Part shown: piece after piece, positions 27,278 through 37,159 of the stretch
Layout of the letters: each line of letters begins with the position of its first letter
Position numbering within the stretch: position 1 is the stretch's first letter
Source of the DNA: a virus
Lineage: Duplodnaviria; Caudoviricetes
Virus record (IMG/VR): IMGVR_UViG_3300028888_000125
Span: 5,567 to 69,566 of that record
Strand: one strand, 5' to 3'
Length of the DNA stretch: 64,000 nucleotides
Position numbers and translations under genes: made by a program
Notes under the pieces: model-generated
What the model was told of the DNA's origin: nothing
The model's database searches: none
The model's input: only the letters and a program-made list of their open reading frames with translations

Positions 27278-28546
27278 ATGAGTTACAAATCAAAGAAGAC
27301 CTGGGAGTACGTGGTTGACTATTCGAGTAAGGATGGAGCGAAACATCAACAGGAGATTTCCTTCGCTTACGTTGAGAACGACGAGAATAGTCAAGACAAG
27401 TGGACTTTCCGTTTCGAATTTCACGACTATGTTACGGGGAAGATCTATCTACTGGACAACCTCCATGATATTCTCGACCATGTTTCCGATCATCGACATG
27501 AGCTTGTCGATTCTTATTTGGAAGAAATTACCAATAATGGTCTTGTCGACAATCCTGACATTTCTTTACAGGTAACTAAGCTTCCAATGGGGAATCCGAA
27601 GCTTTATTCTGTTCAACTCGACAGGTTACCTCCATGGATGCGAGGACCGTACGATGTTGTCTCAGTGGAAGATCTCTGCCAGACTATCCGTTCACAAGAC
27701 TGGTACGACAAGAATATCCTTTGGGACATCGAAGAGATGATGGATGCACTCGAAATCGATCCAGACACCTTCAACGGAGAGAAGGAACCGGATGACGATG
27801 ATGACGAAGACGACAAAGATCTCCATGAAGAGGCCAGACCTGAAACGTCATCAGGACCATCACAGTTTTCAGACTGGGATGGAGATCCAACAGGTTTTTC
27901 AACGGGAGTTCCGATCGTTTTTGGAATGACGAAGACCCACAGCTACTGGATCTCACAGTTCATTGTCGAAAACATCCTCAAGAATCCGAAAATTGCCGAA
28001 AAGCTTATTGAAAGATACGAAAAGGAAAAGTTCAATGTCGTTTATCCGAGAAAAGTGGACAATCCAAATGGGTTAAACGATCTGGAGACTTGGAATTTTG
28101 ATGATCTGTGCGACGGGTTATCCGATAAGTTCTGTTTCCGTAGCTGGGAGAAATGTATCAGCGATGTGATGGTTAAACCAAACACATCTCGCCATGATTC
28201 CGAAGACGGTGACCATCTCATTACTGTCAAGTTCAAGTACCCTGCATTCATGTACAAGATTCATCTGCGCGATCTGCGTAACGAGTATCATGAACTGTGC
28301 AGGTCTCAGTATCTCCTGATGGGCTCTTCCAAGATCGTTGTTGGAATGAAACATGGAGAAATTGAAACAGCCAAGCTCGAATGGGATGCTCCGTTCATAA
28401 CACAAATGCTGCCGCATCAACCAGACTATATAAAAGACACATTGACGGTGTACTTCATGAAGCACTATGTAGAGGACGGGATCGTATCGAGCACGTTCCG
28501 GTTCCAGCCAGAGGACATATGCCCTGATAATCAAATTTGCAAGTAA
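27278..28546 (+). CDS. Hypothetical protein (cluster member 2)
   Basis: 422 aa, SD AAGGAG; acidic linker; ITVKFKYPAFM. Confidence 0.7.
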   Translation: MSYKSKKTWEYVVDYSSKDGAKHQQEISFAYVENDENSQDKWTFRFEFHDYVTGKIYLLDNLHDILDHVSDHRHELVDSYLEEITNNGLVDNPDISLQVTKLPMGNPKLYSVQLDRLPPWMRGPYDVVSVEDLCQTIRSQDWYDKNILWDIEEMMDALEIDPDTFNGEKEPDDDDDEDDKDLHEEARPETSSGPSQFSDWDGDPTGFSTGVPIVFGMTKTHSYWISQFIVENILKNPKIAEKLIERYEKEKFNVVYPRKVDNPNGLNDLETWNFDDLCDGLSDKFCFRSWEKCISDVMVKPNTSRHDSEDGDHLITVKFKYPAFMYKIHLRDLRNEYHELCRSQYLLMGSSKIVVGMKHGEIETAKLEWDAPFITQMLPHQPDYIKDTLTVYFMKHYVEDGIVSSTFRFQPEDICPDNQICK

Positions 28547-28556
28547 AACGTCAAGG

Positions 28557-28584
28557 GTGTAGCAGGTGAAATACCCTGCTACAC
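28557..28584 (+). terminator. Terminator-like hairpin
   Basis: GTGTAGCAGG/CCTGCTACAC stem after the stop at 28546; no clear U-tract. Confidence 0.55.
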
Positions 28585-28609
28585 TCCAGAAAAGTTAAAA
28601 GGAAATTCC

Positions 28610-29209
28610 ATGCGTAAGAACAACCATTTAAAAGAAATCCGGAAGCAAAACGAAGTTGTGTTTGCTTCCATGAAAATCCACAACACGAATACGGAAGCGG
28701 ACAAGTTCTCATCGGAAGTGAAACTGTATACCCAGTTTCTCTTCAAACCGGAAGATGAATCCAAACGTTTCACGTTCGCTGTTGATATTTCAAACGACCC
28801 CCATCTGGTACCTTACGGTGTCACCTGGTGGAAGAACCGTTCTCTTAAATCACTTAAGCCGTTCCTACGGACGAGTGTGCCAGATCTGGCAAATATTCCT
28901 GTAAAGAACGTAGACGTCTATGAAGGTACAGATTCGTTTAACACACGAGTCGTTACGTTTATCCTAACGTATGAGCATCCTGTTCTCATGAGTGTTCATT
29001 ACGATCCTCAGGTACCCGTGGACGACTTGTCGAATCCTTTCTTCGAACCGACAGACCTATACGGTCGTCTCTACAACCAAATCTCTATTGCGATACGGAA
29101 ACATCTAGAAGGACCATCTTTCATCTACGGATCGTATGGTCACTACGACGATACAGACTACGGAATGATGCATTATCGCAACGGATTCCCCATTCGTGAG
29201 ACGGTGTAA
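28610..29209 (+). CDS. Hypothetical protein (cluster member 3)
   Basis: 199 aa; FILTYEHPVLM. Confidence 0.65.
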   Translation: MRKNNHLKEIRKQNEVVFASMKIHNTNTEADKFSSEVKLYTQFLFKPEDESKRFTFAVDISNDPHLVPYGVTWWKNRSLKSLKPFLRTSVPDLANIPVKNVDVYEGTDSFNTRVVTFILTYEHPVLMSVHYDPQVPVDDLSNPFFEPTDLYGRLYNQISIAIRKHLEGPSFIYGSYGHYDDTDYGMMHYRNGFPIRETV

Positions 29210-29271
29210 CGATTTACGTTTTTCGTGTCATGAGAATGAATAACTGAATATTTAACGTAAATTACTAAAAC

Positions 29272-30597
29272 ATGGAGCATAAAACCATGGAATTTATCAA
29301 CAACATGAAAAACTTCTTCTGGGTCAATTGCCAGTACAACCTGAAAGATGAACCGAGAGCCGCTCAGCCACTCCCCAACGAAATCTTTCAGTTCTTCGTC
29401 ACCCACGTGATTAGTGCAAGGGGTGTCGTCGATCTGATACGGAAACGTTACGGTAGAAATTTGTTTTTCCTGATAGCCCGCAACCCGCACGAACAAGACG
29501 AGAACAAATTCTTCAATTTCTTTCAGATTCCTCTGGATTTTGATTCTTGCAATTCTCCTAAGACGCTATTGGATATCTGTAGTCAACGTCCAGATCGCAT
29601 GATCAGACGACTTTATATTCACTCGTACAATCGAGTTTCATCGATTATCGATATCGAATTCATGCGTCCGATCTTCTACCAACGGATGACAGATCCCATA
29701 ACACCTACAGATGCCATCGCGGCTACCCGGTGCATGTCGATCACGATTGAAAACGGAGTACCGAAAAGTGCCGAGTTGTTCTGGGATCCGATTTTCTTCA
29801 CAGACGAATACGATAGTGATGAAGTTTGTATCACAGCTCGTTATGCCCCCCGTGGTGATAATCACTGGGAATTCAATATGGATTTTGCCGGAAAGCTAGA
29901 TGAACTCCCATCCGAGTATCATCGTCGTATTTCAAACCATTCCCCTAGGCCGACTGTTCCTCCCTATAGTACATACTGCATGTCCGTCACGGAGTTCATA
30001 GACAGACGGGTTCAGACTCTTTTTAAGAAGATGAACGTCTACTCGTTTATCCGGAAAATAAATTCGGATATCTGTTGTCTGGGCGTCATTGAAAAATTCA
30101 AAGATGATCTGCCGAACTACGCTAGACCGTTGGACAGCTTTAGACTTAATGTTGTGAATGATAAAGAGAACGGCGACGAGGATTTCTTGAAGCTCTATCA
30201 AAGTTGTCATGAAGATAAAAACGAGAATTTCGTGACGAATGTTCAGGAATCGTACGATTTCATTCGCGAGGAAATGACGATGAAAATAGAGTGGTGTCGG
30301 CCTGTGTTCTTCACTATCCGGAAAAGCAGGGATGATGAGAATACCTACATCGCCAACTTGCATCGTTCCATGTGGGTGACGTATAGTTTGGATGCTGTTG
30401 AAAAAGTAAAGTTGAGACACGTCATGCTTATCCGAGACGCAAATATTGCCATTCCGTCAGTCTACAATGTTTTCCCAGGAGGTGATCGGAGTCAGGTCGA
30501 CACAACCTTCCTGACACGTGAGATAGTCACTCGCTACAATGTGAGAGACGACGTCTGGACGTACACTATACCTTACATCAGTCCATACAAGAAATAG
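29272..30597 (+). CDS. Hypothetical protein (cluster member 4, motif present twice)
   Basis: 441 aa; IDIEFMRPIFY and MKIEWCRPVFF. Confidence 0.7.
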   Translation: MEHKTMEFINNMKNFFWVNCQYNLKDEPRAAQPLPNEIFQFFVTHVISARGVVDLIRKRYGRNLFFLIARNPHEQDENKFFNFFQIPLDFDSCNSPKTLLDICSQRPDRMIRRLYIHSYNRVSSIIDIEFMRPIFYQRMTDPITPTDAIAATRCMSITIENGVPKSAELFWDPIFFTDEYDSDEVCITARYAPRGDNHWEFNMDFAGKLDELPSEYHRRISNHSPRPTVPPYSTYCMSVTEFIDRRVQTLFKKMNVYSFIRKINSDICCLGVIEKFKDDLPNYARPLDSFRLNVVNDKENGDEDFLKLYQSCHEDKNENFVTNVQESYDFIREEMTMKIEWCRPVFFTIRKSRDDENTYIANLHRSMWVTYSLDAVEKVKLRHVMLIRDANIAIPSVYNVFPGGDRSQVDTTFLTREIVTRYNVRDDVWTYTIPYISPYKK

Positions 30598-30609
30598 GAG
30601 ACATTCAAC

Positions 30610-31149
30610 ATGACAGAACAAAAAGAATCACCGGGAACCAAACATCGACTGAGTCAGAAGATTCTCTATGCGGGATTCAACAAGGCCCTCTTTTCTATAT
30701 TAAATCACGAAGATCGTAAGGTTTACGAAATCGGATTGAACGAGCGACGGGAACCTGTTCTAAAGGGTCTTCTAAGGTATCTTCATCTTGGTTTTGAATT
30801 CCACAACGGTGATTTCACTAGACTTTCGATTGAAGGCAAGCGACGTGTTGATATGATTAACACGAGAGTACGTGATATGGTGGAGTCCAAGACGTGTACA
30901 GAAGAAAACGGTTCTGGGAAAGTTCAGCACTGGACGATCACGTTTAAACGTCCCTTCATCATGCGGTATTGGGACATCTCGTATTCGACAAGTTGCGGCT
31001 GGCAGTATGTTCGTCAATTGCGCATTACTGCCGAGACGCAGCCTTCACGTGTTTTGGACGCAGGATTTGATTGGAGTGAAGATCGTCTTGCTTCTAAGTA
31101 TCGTTTTGAGGAAGAGTTAAAGAAAGATTTAGAAGGAACAAAGAAATGA
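30610..31149 (+). CDS. Hypothetical protein (cluster member 5)
   Basis: 179 aa, SD AGGAG; WTITFKRPFIM. Confidence 0.65.
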   Translation: MTEQKESPGTKHRLSQKILYAGFNKALFSILNHEDRKVYEIGLNERREPVLKGLLRYLHLGFEFHNGDFTRLSIEGKRRVDMINTRVRDMVESKTCTEENGSGKVQHWTITFKRPFIMRYWDISYSTSCGWQYVRQLRITAETQPSRVLDAGFDWSEDRLASKYRFEEELKKDLEGTKK

Positions 31150-31733
31150 ACAAGTTATCGCTCTTACTACTGTTATTGGTGTTTCAAGTCACCTGCTGGT
31201 CTCTTGACCTGAAGGATTTTCTTACCAAAAATCCCTGCGAAGAGTGCGCCAGAATGGATTACCTGCAAGCCATCTACGATGAGAAGAAGGAACCGGATCC
31301 TGTTCTCACCCTCATCCGTAGCAAGACGGAGCACTTCACACCAACAGATGAGAAATCCATTGCGGCGGATTTCAACGACTTGCCTGCTCGATGGATTGCC
31401 ACGCAGGCGAACATGTCCGTTTCCTACTATCAGGAGAAGCAGCCTGGTATTCGGTTTCTGAAACGGTACGAGCTCTCGTCGTTCTACGATCTATGCTTCA
31501 ATGCCTGGCTTGAAAAGGCGAGTGTCCTCTATAATCCCCAGACGGGATCGGTTGTCCTACTGCTGATCTTCCGAGATCCGATTGTAGAAGCGGATTATCT
31601 GGATCCAGGGAACGGGAATCAGTTCATTGTCCGATCCCACGGTATTCGAATCATAAATCCATCCACGTTTAACTACAAATTTGAATTGTGGATGGATGAT
31701 CCAAAAGCACAGTATTTCAAGAAACTAAAATAG
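31146..31733 (+). CDS. Exported protein with signal peptide (cluster member 6)
   Basis: MNKLSLLLLLLVFQVTCWS|LDL; LLLIFRDPIVE. Confidence 0.65.
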   Translation: MNKLSLLLLLLVFQVTCWSLDLKDFLTKNPCEECARMDYLQAIYDEKKEPDPVLTLIRSKTEHFTPTDEKSIAADFNDLPARWIATQANMSVSYYQEKQPGIRFLKRYELSSFYDLCFNAWLEKASVLYNPQTGSVVLLLIFRDPIVEADYLDPGNGNQFIVRSHGIRIINPSTFNYKFELWMDDPKAQYFKKLK

Positions 31734-31743
31734 GAGGATTGAG

Positions 31744-32202
31744 ATGAATTGCAAAGAGGTTACGGAAGCACTTTCTAAATTGAAGCCGTTGGAGAACTTC
31801 AACTTTGGTCGCCTGTCTCAAGACCTGTCGATGTCTCCGGCCAATTTCGTTCTTCGTTATTGGAAATGTAAACTCAACTTTCTTGACAGACGGATCAGAC
31901 CGGTGAATGCTGGTATCAAAACCATAGAAGATCTCTTTACTTCATACAAATGTGAAGATGTCAGCCTCGCCTATGAACCGAACTACGGTTTTATTATGCG
32001 ATTCTTCTTTGCAGAACCGATCTTGCGATTTGAAATACGTCAGGAAGGCGACATGTGTTTCGGTGAACACTCGGTTACTCGTTTTACATCAAAGACGTTG
32101 AAAATCGTCAATCCAGAGTACATCGGAAAGATTGTCTTTGAGTTTGAGACGGCTGTGGTTGCGAAGAACATTGGTGATTTTCCTGTGGAGGTGAAAGAAT
32201 AG
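31744..32202 (+). CDS. Hypothetical protein (cluster member 7)
   Basis: 152 aa, SD AGGAGG; MRFFFAEPILR. Confidence 0.65.
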   Translation: MNCKEVTEALSKLKPLENFNFGRLSQDLSMSPANFVLRYWKCKLNFLDRRIRPVNAGIKTIEDLFTSYKCEDVSLAYEPNYGFIMRFFFAEPILRFEIRQEGDMCFGEHSVTRFTSKTLKIVNPEYIGKIVFEFETAVVAKNIGDFPVEVKE

Positions 32203-32221
32203 CGATTTATTTTTGAACGTA

Positions 32222-32239
32222 TATATCACCAAAGTGTAG
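32222..32239 (+). promoter_or_regulatory. Early promoter-like motif
   Basis: TATATCAC-CAAA-GTGTAG, but followed by a terminator-like hairpin. Confidence 0.35.
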
Positions 32240-32266
32240 CATGTAGACAAAGGTTTACACTCCAAC

Positions 32267-32299
32267 CCCACTACGCTGGCTGCGTAGTGGGACTTTTTT
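32267..32299 (+). terminator. Intrinsic terminator
   Basis: CCCACTACGC/GCGTAGTGGG stem plus T tract. Confidence 0.75.
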
Positions 32300-32368
32300 C
32301 TTTTTTGTTTGTTTACCTTCACTTTAGCATTCTATGCATCGTTATGACCACCTAAAGTGGAGATATTT

Positions 32369-33379
32369 ATGACTAACAAAGAACTTTTGGAGCAGTGCCG
32401 AGCGTGCTCCGTAAAGATAGATTTATACTTCGCCGACGAGTCCTGGCGTGCCGATGTTGAAGATGAAGACTCCGTAAACGAAGCTTGGCTTGCCCAAAAG
32501 GCGGCTTCGCTTATGCTGGAAGAGTTGGAAGATATTGGCATTACGACCAACCTTGAGTTGGATGACCTTTTTCTTTCGGAGCTTTCTACAAAATCGCTTT
32601 TTCTTTTCCGCAGAAAGTTCGATTACGAAGGCTTCCGAGAGTATTTACGGACTCGTCCTGAAACCATTGTGGCGCATGTTCGGGACCTTCTTGAGAACAC
32701 AGGCACTCCCGAGGACCTCCTGACGGAACTCGTCATGTACCTGAAAGACGGGGATCCTCTCGATATCGCCTGGACAGTTCTTTCTGAAGAGCTTGATTAC
32801 TGGTGTTCTACAAATCGTTTCTATTCTCATCTTCACGCCATTATGAATGAGCTGGATGGGAAAGTGGATGTCGACGACACCATGGAAGATACGGACGTTC
32901 CGAAAGTCGCTCAAATGATTGGTAAGATCAGTCTTATCCGTCAGACGATGAAACGTTGTATCGAGCCTCTCTGTACAGCTATCGACTTCGATATTGACGG
33001 TAGCAACCAGTTGTGTGTACTGGTGTCCCAGTATGATCATCAGTTTGTGCAGGCGGATATGGAAGCTCTTTATGCTTCCGTTTACGACGATCCTAAGTCG
33101 GATCTGATGAAGAAACATCGTCGGACGGTTCGTCATCACGTGGAGTGCTGGCAGAATATTAAAAAGAGAGCGGAAGAAGGAAAACTTGATGGCGACATGC
33201 CTGCGTCGTCTCGTATCGAAATGATTTCTCGACCACAGTTGGCACTACTGGCTATGTGCGCCGTTATCGAAGAAGACAATCCAGGACACCTGAAAGATCT
33301 GGAACCTATTCTGTCCAAGGAGAACTATACCCTTCTTTTGAAAATGGCGGACATTGTCCAAGAAGTGAAGGAGAAGTGA
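32369..33379 (+). CDS. Hypothetical acidic helical protein
   Basis: ATG 32369 after GGAG; 336 aa; directly upstream of an RNAP subunit. Confidence 0.65.
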   Translation: MTNKELLEQCRACSVKIDLYFADESWRADVEDEDSVNEAWLAQKAASLMLEELEDIGITTNLELDDLFLSELSTKSLFLFRRKFDYEGFREYLRTRPETIVAHVRDLLENTGTPEDLLTELVMYLKDGDPLDIAWTVLSEELDYWCSTNRFYSHLHAIMNELDGKVDVDDTMEDTDVPKVAQMIGKISLIRQTMKRCIEPLCTAIDFDIDGSNQLCVLVSQYDHQFVQADMEALYASVYDDPKSDLMKKHRRTVRHHVECWQNIKKRAEEGKLDGDMPASSRIEMISRPQLALLAMCAVIEEDNPGHLKDLEPILSKENYTLLLKMADIVQEVKEK

Positions 33380-33380
33380 G

Positions 33381-35102
33381 ATGGGAAAGGTTAGTGATCA
33401 TGTCAAGAGATATCTCTTGACTTTCAAAGGGCGTCTTATTGAGCGCATTATTCTGAACGACTTGATGATGAATGTCCGTAACCGGACGGTGCTTGGCTGT
33501 TTTCAGGAAGAGTATGATGCCGCTATTCGGACAGGCGAACTCATCATGAACATTGTTCCGAAACTCAATTTTGCCAAGTATGATCCTATTCTGGCGTTGA
33601 AGACACAGGCTCCATCTATAGAGACGAATGTGGAGAACTGGTGTAAGGAGAACAATCTTACGTTGGTTCGTCGCTACGACAAGTGGATGGATACCCTGAT
33701 GACATACCGATTCTACAGTCTGATGTCTGAGGAGCAACGCCAGAAGGCGAACGATCAGAGTGTTGAATTCTACGGATTCGCCTGTGATCGTTTGTTTGCA
33801 CAAATCTGGGATGAGGGAATTTTAGCAGAGCCTGTGCCAAACATCCCAAGGGATGGAGACATCGTCCGTCTAGTTCCCTACGGAAAGAAGGAAGAGGAAG
33901 TTGAAGCAAACCTTTTCTACATTGACAAGATGGATGACTGGGGCGGTGCTGATGATGATTCGGGACCAAAAACACCTGGACGGATTCATCTGCGGGTATT
34001 GTCCACGGCCTTAAGCGACCGTCTTATTTCAGAAATCGACACGATGCACCTTGATAAAGGCGACCTGACGTGTGTCAAGGAATCGATGGATACGACGGTT
34101 GGCCGTTTCTTTGTCAATCTCTATCTCCTTGAATATCCGTTTCAGGGGGCTATTCCGTACATCAACGATGTCTGGGATATCAGTGATGTGGAGAAACTTA
34201 TTTCCGCTTATGTCGTTTCCGCAAAGGACAAAGATCAGGCGATTGGTCAGCTACAGGACTACGAGAACAATCTTTTCTATTTGGGTCAATACACAGAAAT
34301 GTGTGTTCCAACGTATTCTCGGAAATCTTTCTCCACAGATCCGAATATGCGGGCGTATCGTAAGCAACTGATCAAAGAGGCTGGTGACTCCGCTGCAGAT
34401 CCTCGTGTTCGGATGGAGATTGAGAATAAGCTTATCCAGAAGGATAAGGAGTATCTTGCCGGTGATTCTTCCATGCGTTTCTACACACCGATTGCGAAGA
34501 AAGCGTTCGGTATTGCACGGAAACGTATGTTTAGTACGTTTGGTGTGACGGAGGCGTTTGAACGGACGGGTGGTAACTACGAGTTCATCGAGAATTCTCT
34601 GTCCGAAGGTTGGGATAAAACAAAGATCTCGACCATTGGTAATGAAATCCGGCGAGGGTCATTCAACCGTGGTCACCAAACGGCACTGGGTGGCGCCCAG
34701 ACGAAATACATGACCCGTGTCTTCCAGGATTTTCGTGTGGTAGATGGTGATTGTGGAACGAAGAAAGGACTCGTCATCGATCTCATCAAACATCCGATTC
34801 TGAAAGAGTTGATGGGACAGGAAGTCTGGCTGAATGGTCGCTGGGTTCTGTTGGAGGCCGGGAACTTTGACCATTTCAACTCTCAAAAGGAAATCATTCT
34901 ACGGTCGCCGATGTACTGCCGTTCCAAGGATGGTATCTGTGAACATTGCGCTGGTTCCATGTTGAAGCAGTGTGATACAAAAGCATTCAACGCCATGGCT
35001 ATGGAGATTTCGTCAACGTTCTTGACTGCATCCTTGAAAGCCATGCACGGAACGACGCATTCCTCCATTACTGTAGACGATTTGACTAATTACATTATTT
35101 AA
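33381..35102 (+). CDS. rpoC: Virion RNA polymerase beta' subunit, C-terminal part (phiKZ gp80-like)
   Basis: Bridge-helix region GSFNRGHQTALGG, DCGT, LRSPMYC...ICEHCAG zinc site and trigger-loop-like LTASLKAMHG. Confidence 0.88.
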   Translation: MGKVSDHVKRYLLTFKGRLIERIILNDLMMNVRNRTVLGCFQEEYDAAIRTGELIMNIVPKLNFAKYDPILALKTQAPSIETNVENWCKENNLTLVRRYDKWMDTLMTYRFYSLMSEEQRQKANDQSVEFYGFACDRLFAQIWDEGILAEPVPNIPRDGDIVRLVPYGKKEEEVEANLFYIDKMDDWGGADDDSGPKTPGRIHLRVLSTALSDRLISEIDTMHLDKGDLTCVKESMDTTVGRFFVNLYLLEYPFQGAIPYINDVWDISDVEKLISAYVVSAKDKDQAIGQLQDYENNLFYLGQYTEMCVPTYSRKSFSTDPNMRAYRKQLIKEAGDSAADPRVRMEIENKLIQKDKEYLAGDSSMRFYTPIAKKAFGIARKRMFSTFGVTEAFERTGGNYEFIENSLSEGWDKTKISTIGNEIRRGSFNRGHQTALGGAQTKYMTRVFQDFRVVDGDCGTKKGLVIDLIKHPILKELMGQEVWLNGRWVLLEAGNFDHFNSQKEIILRSPMYCRSKDGICEHCAGSMLKQCDTKAFNAMAMEISSTFLTASLKAMHGTTHSSITVDDLTNYII

Positions 35103-35111
35103 GGAGCCATC

Positions 35112-35825
35112 ATGGCAGAGAAAGTTTTTGACAATAAATCCATTCTGATAAAACAGAAGAATCTTATTCGGCATATCTCGTATCACCGTAGTTTCGGGAT
35201 AGAGACTCCGTTTCATGTCCAGGAAATGGTGATACAGGGCGGTACCGGTGTGATGAACAACTTTATGGTTGTCATCTTCGGGTATTCTCATTACGGACCA
35301 TCAACAGATGCGGATCGTTACGTCAACGCCTATCAGGAATACCAGAAACAGGGCTTTGTCGTCAATACGGAAATGACGAAGCAAACAGCGGAATACATCT
35401 GCACCGTTATGACAAAACCCGTCGTTCCAGTTCAAAGTGCTCCTCCTATGTATCAGAAGCCTGACGGCACGCCATCTCCAGTAGGTGAAACTATAAAGAC
35501 GGTGACAGAGAAATCAGCTTCAAAACCTGAACCGACTCCAGAAACACCCGCAGAGCCTCCTCCGCCTGAGAGCCCGAAAGAGCCCGAACAGCCTGCTGTA
35601 GAGACGAAAAAAGAAGACGACGTCTTGCTTCCTGAGTGCGTTTCTGCTTTTCTCAACGATCCGAACAGAAAAGAGAATGCTCACGAAGTGACGTTGACGG
35701 ACGAACAATCGAAGTCCCTTACGAAGTACAAGGATCTCATCTCCGCCAAATACAAACTGACGGCAAGATTCATCTATCTCTCCAAGAACGAGAATGGTTC
35801 TGTCTATCGTCTCAGAGTTAAATAA
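35112..35825 (+). CDS. Hypothetical protein with Pro/Glu-rich linker
   Basis: 237 aa, SD AAGGAG. Confidence 0.65.
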   Translation: MAEKVFDNKSILIKQKNLIRHISYHRSFGIETPFHVQEMVIQGGTGVMNNFMVVIFGYSHYGPSTDADRYVNAYQEYQKQGFVVNTEMTKQTAEYICTVMTKPVVPVQSAPPMYQKPDGTPSPVGETIKTVTEKSASKPEPTPETPAEPPPPESPKEPEQPAVETKKEDDVLLPECVSAFLNDPNRKENAHEVTLTDEQSKSLTKYKDLISAKYKLTARFIYLSKNENGSVYRLRVK

Positions 35826-35851
35826 CGGCATTGCAAAAAGAGGAAAGTACG

Positions 35852-36454
35852 ATGTCAGATAAAGATACAAAAGAAGTAAAAGAGAAAGGAACTCAGCCAT
35901 CCGTAACTACACCTGCGGCGCCAGCCCCAGAAGAACCGAAGAAAGCTCTTCAGCCTGTAACGACTTTTGCCACGCCGAAAACGGAGGTCGTCTCATCGCA
36001 TCCAACGAAACCGACGCCCACGGTACCTATCCATAGGAACCAGACGAATGTTGAAAAGCTGAATGCGATTCTTGCGCAGATTGATGAGATTCTTCCTGAC
36101 AAGACGACACTTGAACGGTTTGGCTATCGTTCCGACAACGGTGTTGCCATTCTGCGCCGAATCTATGAATTCGTCAGTGTGACAAACGATGCAAAAGTGT
36201 TTGATGCGCTGCTTGAGTTCTTCAAGCGGGAATTGAATGGAAAAGCCAACCAGCAGGTTCTGCTTGCAGGATGCCAGGGACTGCGGGATACGAATCTTCG
36301 TTCCCGTCTTTCCGTCTTTTTTACGACGTTCAACCAGTTGGCAACAGCGAGCAAGTTCCACCACCCGATGACACTCAACATCAATTGCATTTCCCGTTTC
36401 CTTACGAACCAGGCACTGATTCGTTGGATAACGGTTAAGAAATCAAGCATTTAA
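35852..36454 (+). CDS. Conserved phiKZ-like hypothetical (possibly virion) protein
   Basis: ATG 35852 after AGAGGA; Pro/Thr-rich N-terminus followed by a helical domain. Confidence 0.55.
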   Translation: MSDKDTKEVKEKGTQPSVTTPAAPAPEEPKKALQPVTTFATPKTEVVSSHPTKPTPTVPIHRNQTNVEKLNAILAQIDEILPDKTTLERFGYRSDNGVAILRRIYEFVSVTNDAKVFDALLEFFKRELNGKANQQVLLAGCQGLRDTNLRSRLSVFFTTFNQLATASKFHHPMTLNINCISRFLTNQALIRWITVKKSSI

Positions 36455-36462
36455 CCATATCT

Positions 36463-36497
36463 CTACAGGGAGTACCCATCAAGGGTACTCCCTGTAG
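36463..36497. terminator. Bidirectional terminator
   Basis: Perfect 15-bp stem, ATCAA loop, between convergent genes. Confidence 0.8.
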
Positions 36498-36508
36498 GAT
36501 TATGCTGA

Positions 36509-37000
36509 TTATAAGCTATCAACTTTGGATTCTTTTTCTTCTTCTCCAACCCCTTCGAGAGAGAGTTCACTATCGTCGATTTCGTCTTCGAAGAGAGTTT
36601 CGACGTTTTGTTCTTCTTCAGGATTGTCCATGACCTCCGTACTGGAGATAAGTGCTTTAGCATCTGCCGGCTTGATTCGTTCCAGAATGGAGATAACGCC
36701 TTTGGCAAGGTCCGCATGTGCGTCCGTTTCCTTCTTGGCCATTCGAATCTTCGCTTCGGCAAGAGCCGCTTTTTCCTGGGATGCCAGAACGGCATCCGCT
36801 TTCGTAAAGATTTCAATTTGGGCTTCAAGCAGTTTCGGCGAACATTCGTTTGGATTGATGGTCAACTTCTCGACAAGGTCCATCAATTTATTAGCCAGGA
36901 ATTCACGACGTTCCTTTGTCGTCCCGAATGTCTTCTCTATATTTTGTATCGCCAATTCGACAGGCGGAATCTCGTGTTTTGTTACTTCTTGTTCTTGCAT
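36509..37000 (-). CDS. Hypothetical coiled-coil protein with acidic tail
   Basis: ATG 37000 after GGAGGGG; 163 aa. Confidence 0.6.
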   Translation of the reverse strand: MQEQEVTKHEIPPVELAIQNIEKTFGTTKERREFLANKLMDLVEKLTINPNECSPKLLEAQIEIFTKADAVLASQEKAALAEAKIRMAKKETDAHADLAKGVISILERIKPADAKALISSTEVMDNPEEEQNVETLFEDEIDDSELSLEGVGEEEKESKVDSL

Positions 37001-37076
37001 ATATTTATACACCCCCTCCAAAAAGCGTGAACGTTCATGATTGTATAGGATGCTTTTCTCGGGTGCACAAGTCGTA

Positions 37077-37100
37077 TATATTACCTACATGTGTATATTT
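37077..37100 (+). promoter_or_regulatory. Early promoter motif upstream of the topoisomerase gene
   Basis: TATATTAC at 37077-37084 plus a second degenerate copy. Confidence 0.5.
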
Positions 37101-37159
37101 ACGATGTGAATCTATACCTATAGGTAAAATTTAAAATAGTCAAAAGCAAGGAGAAGACT

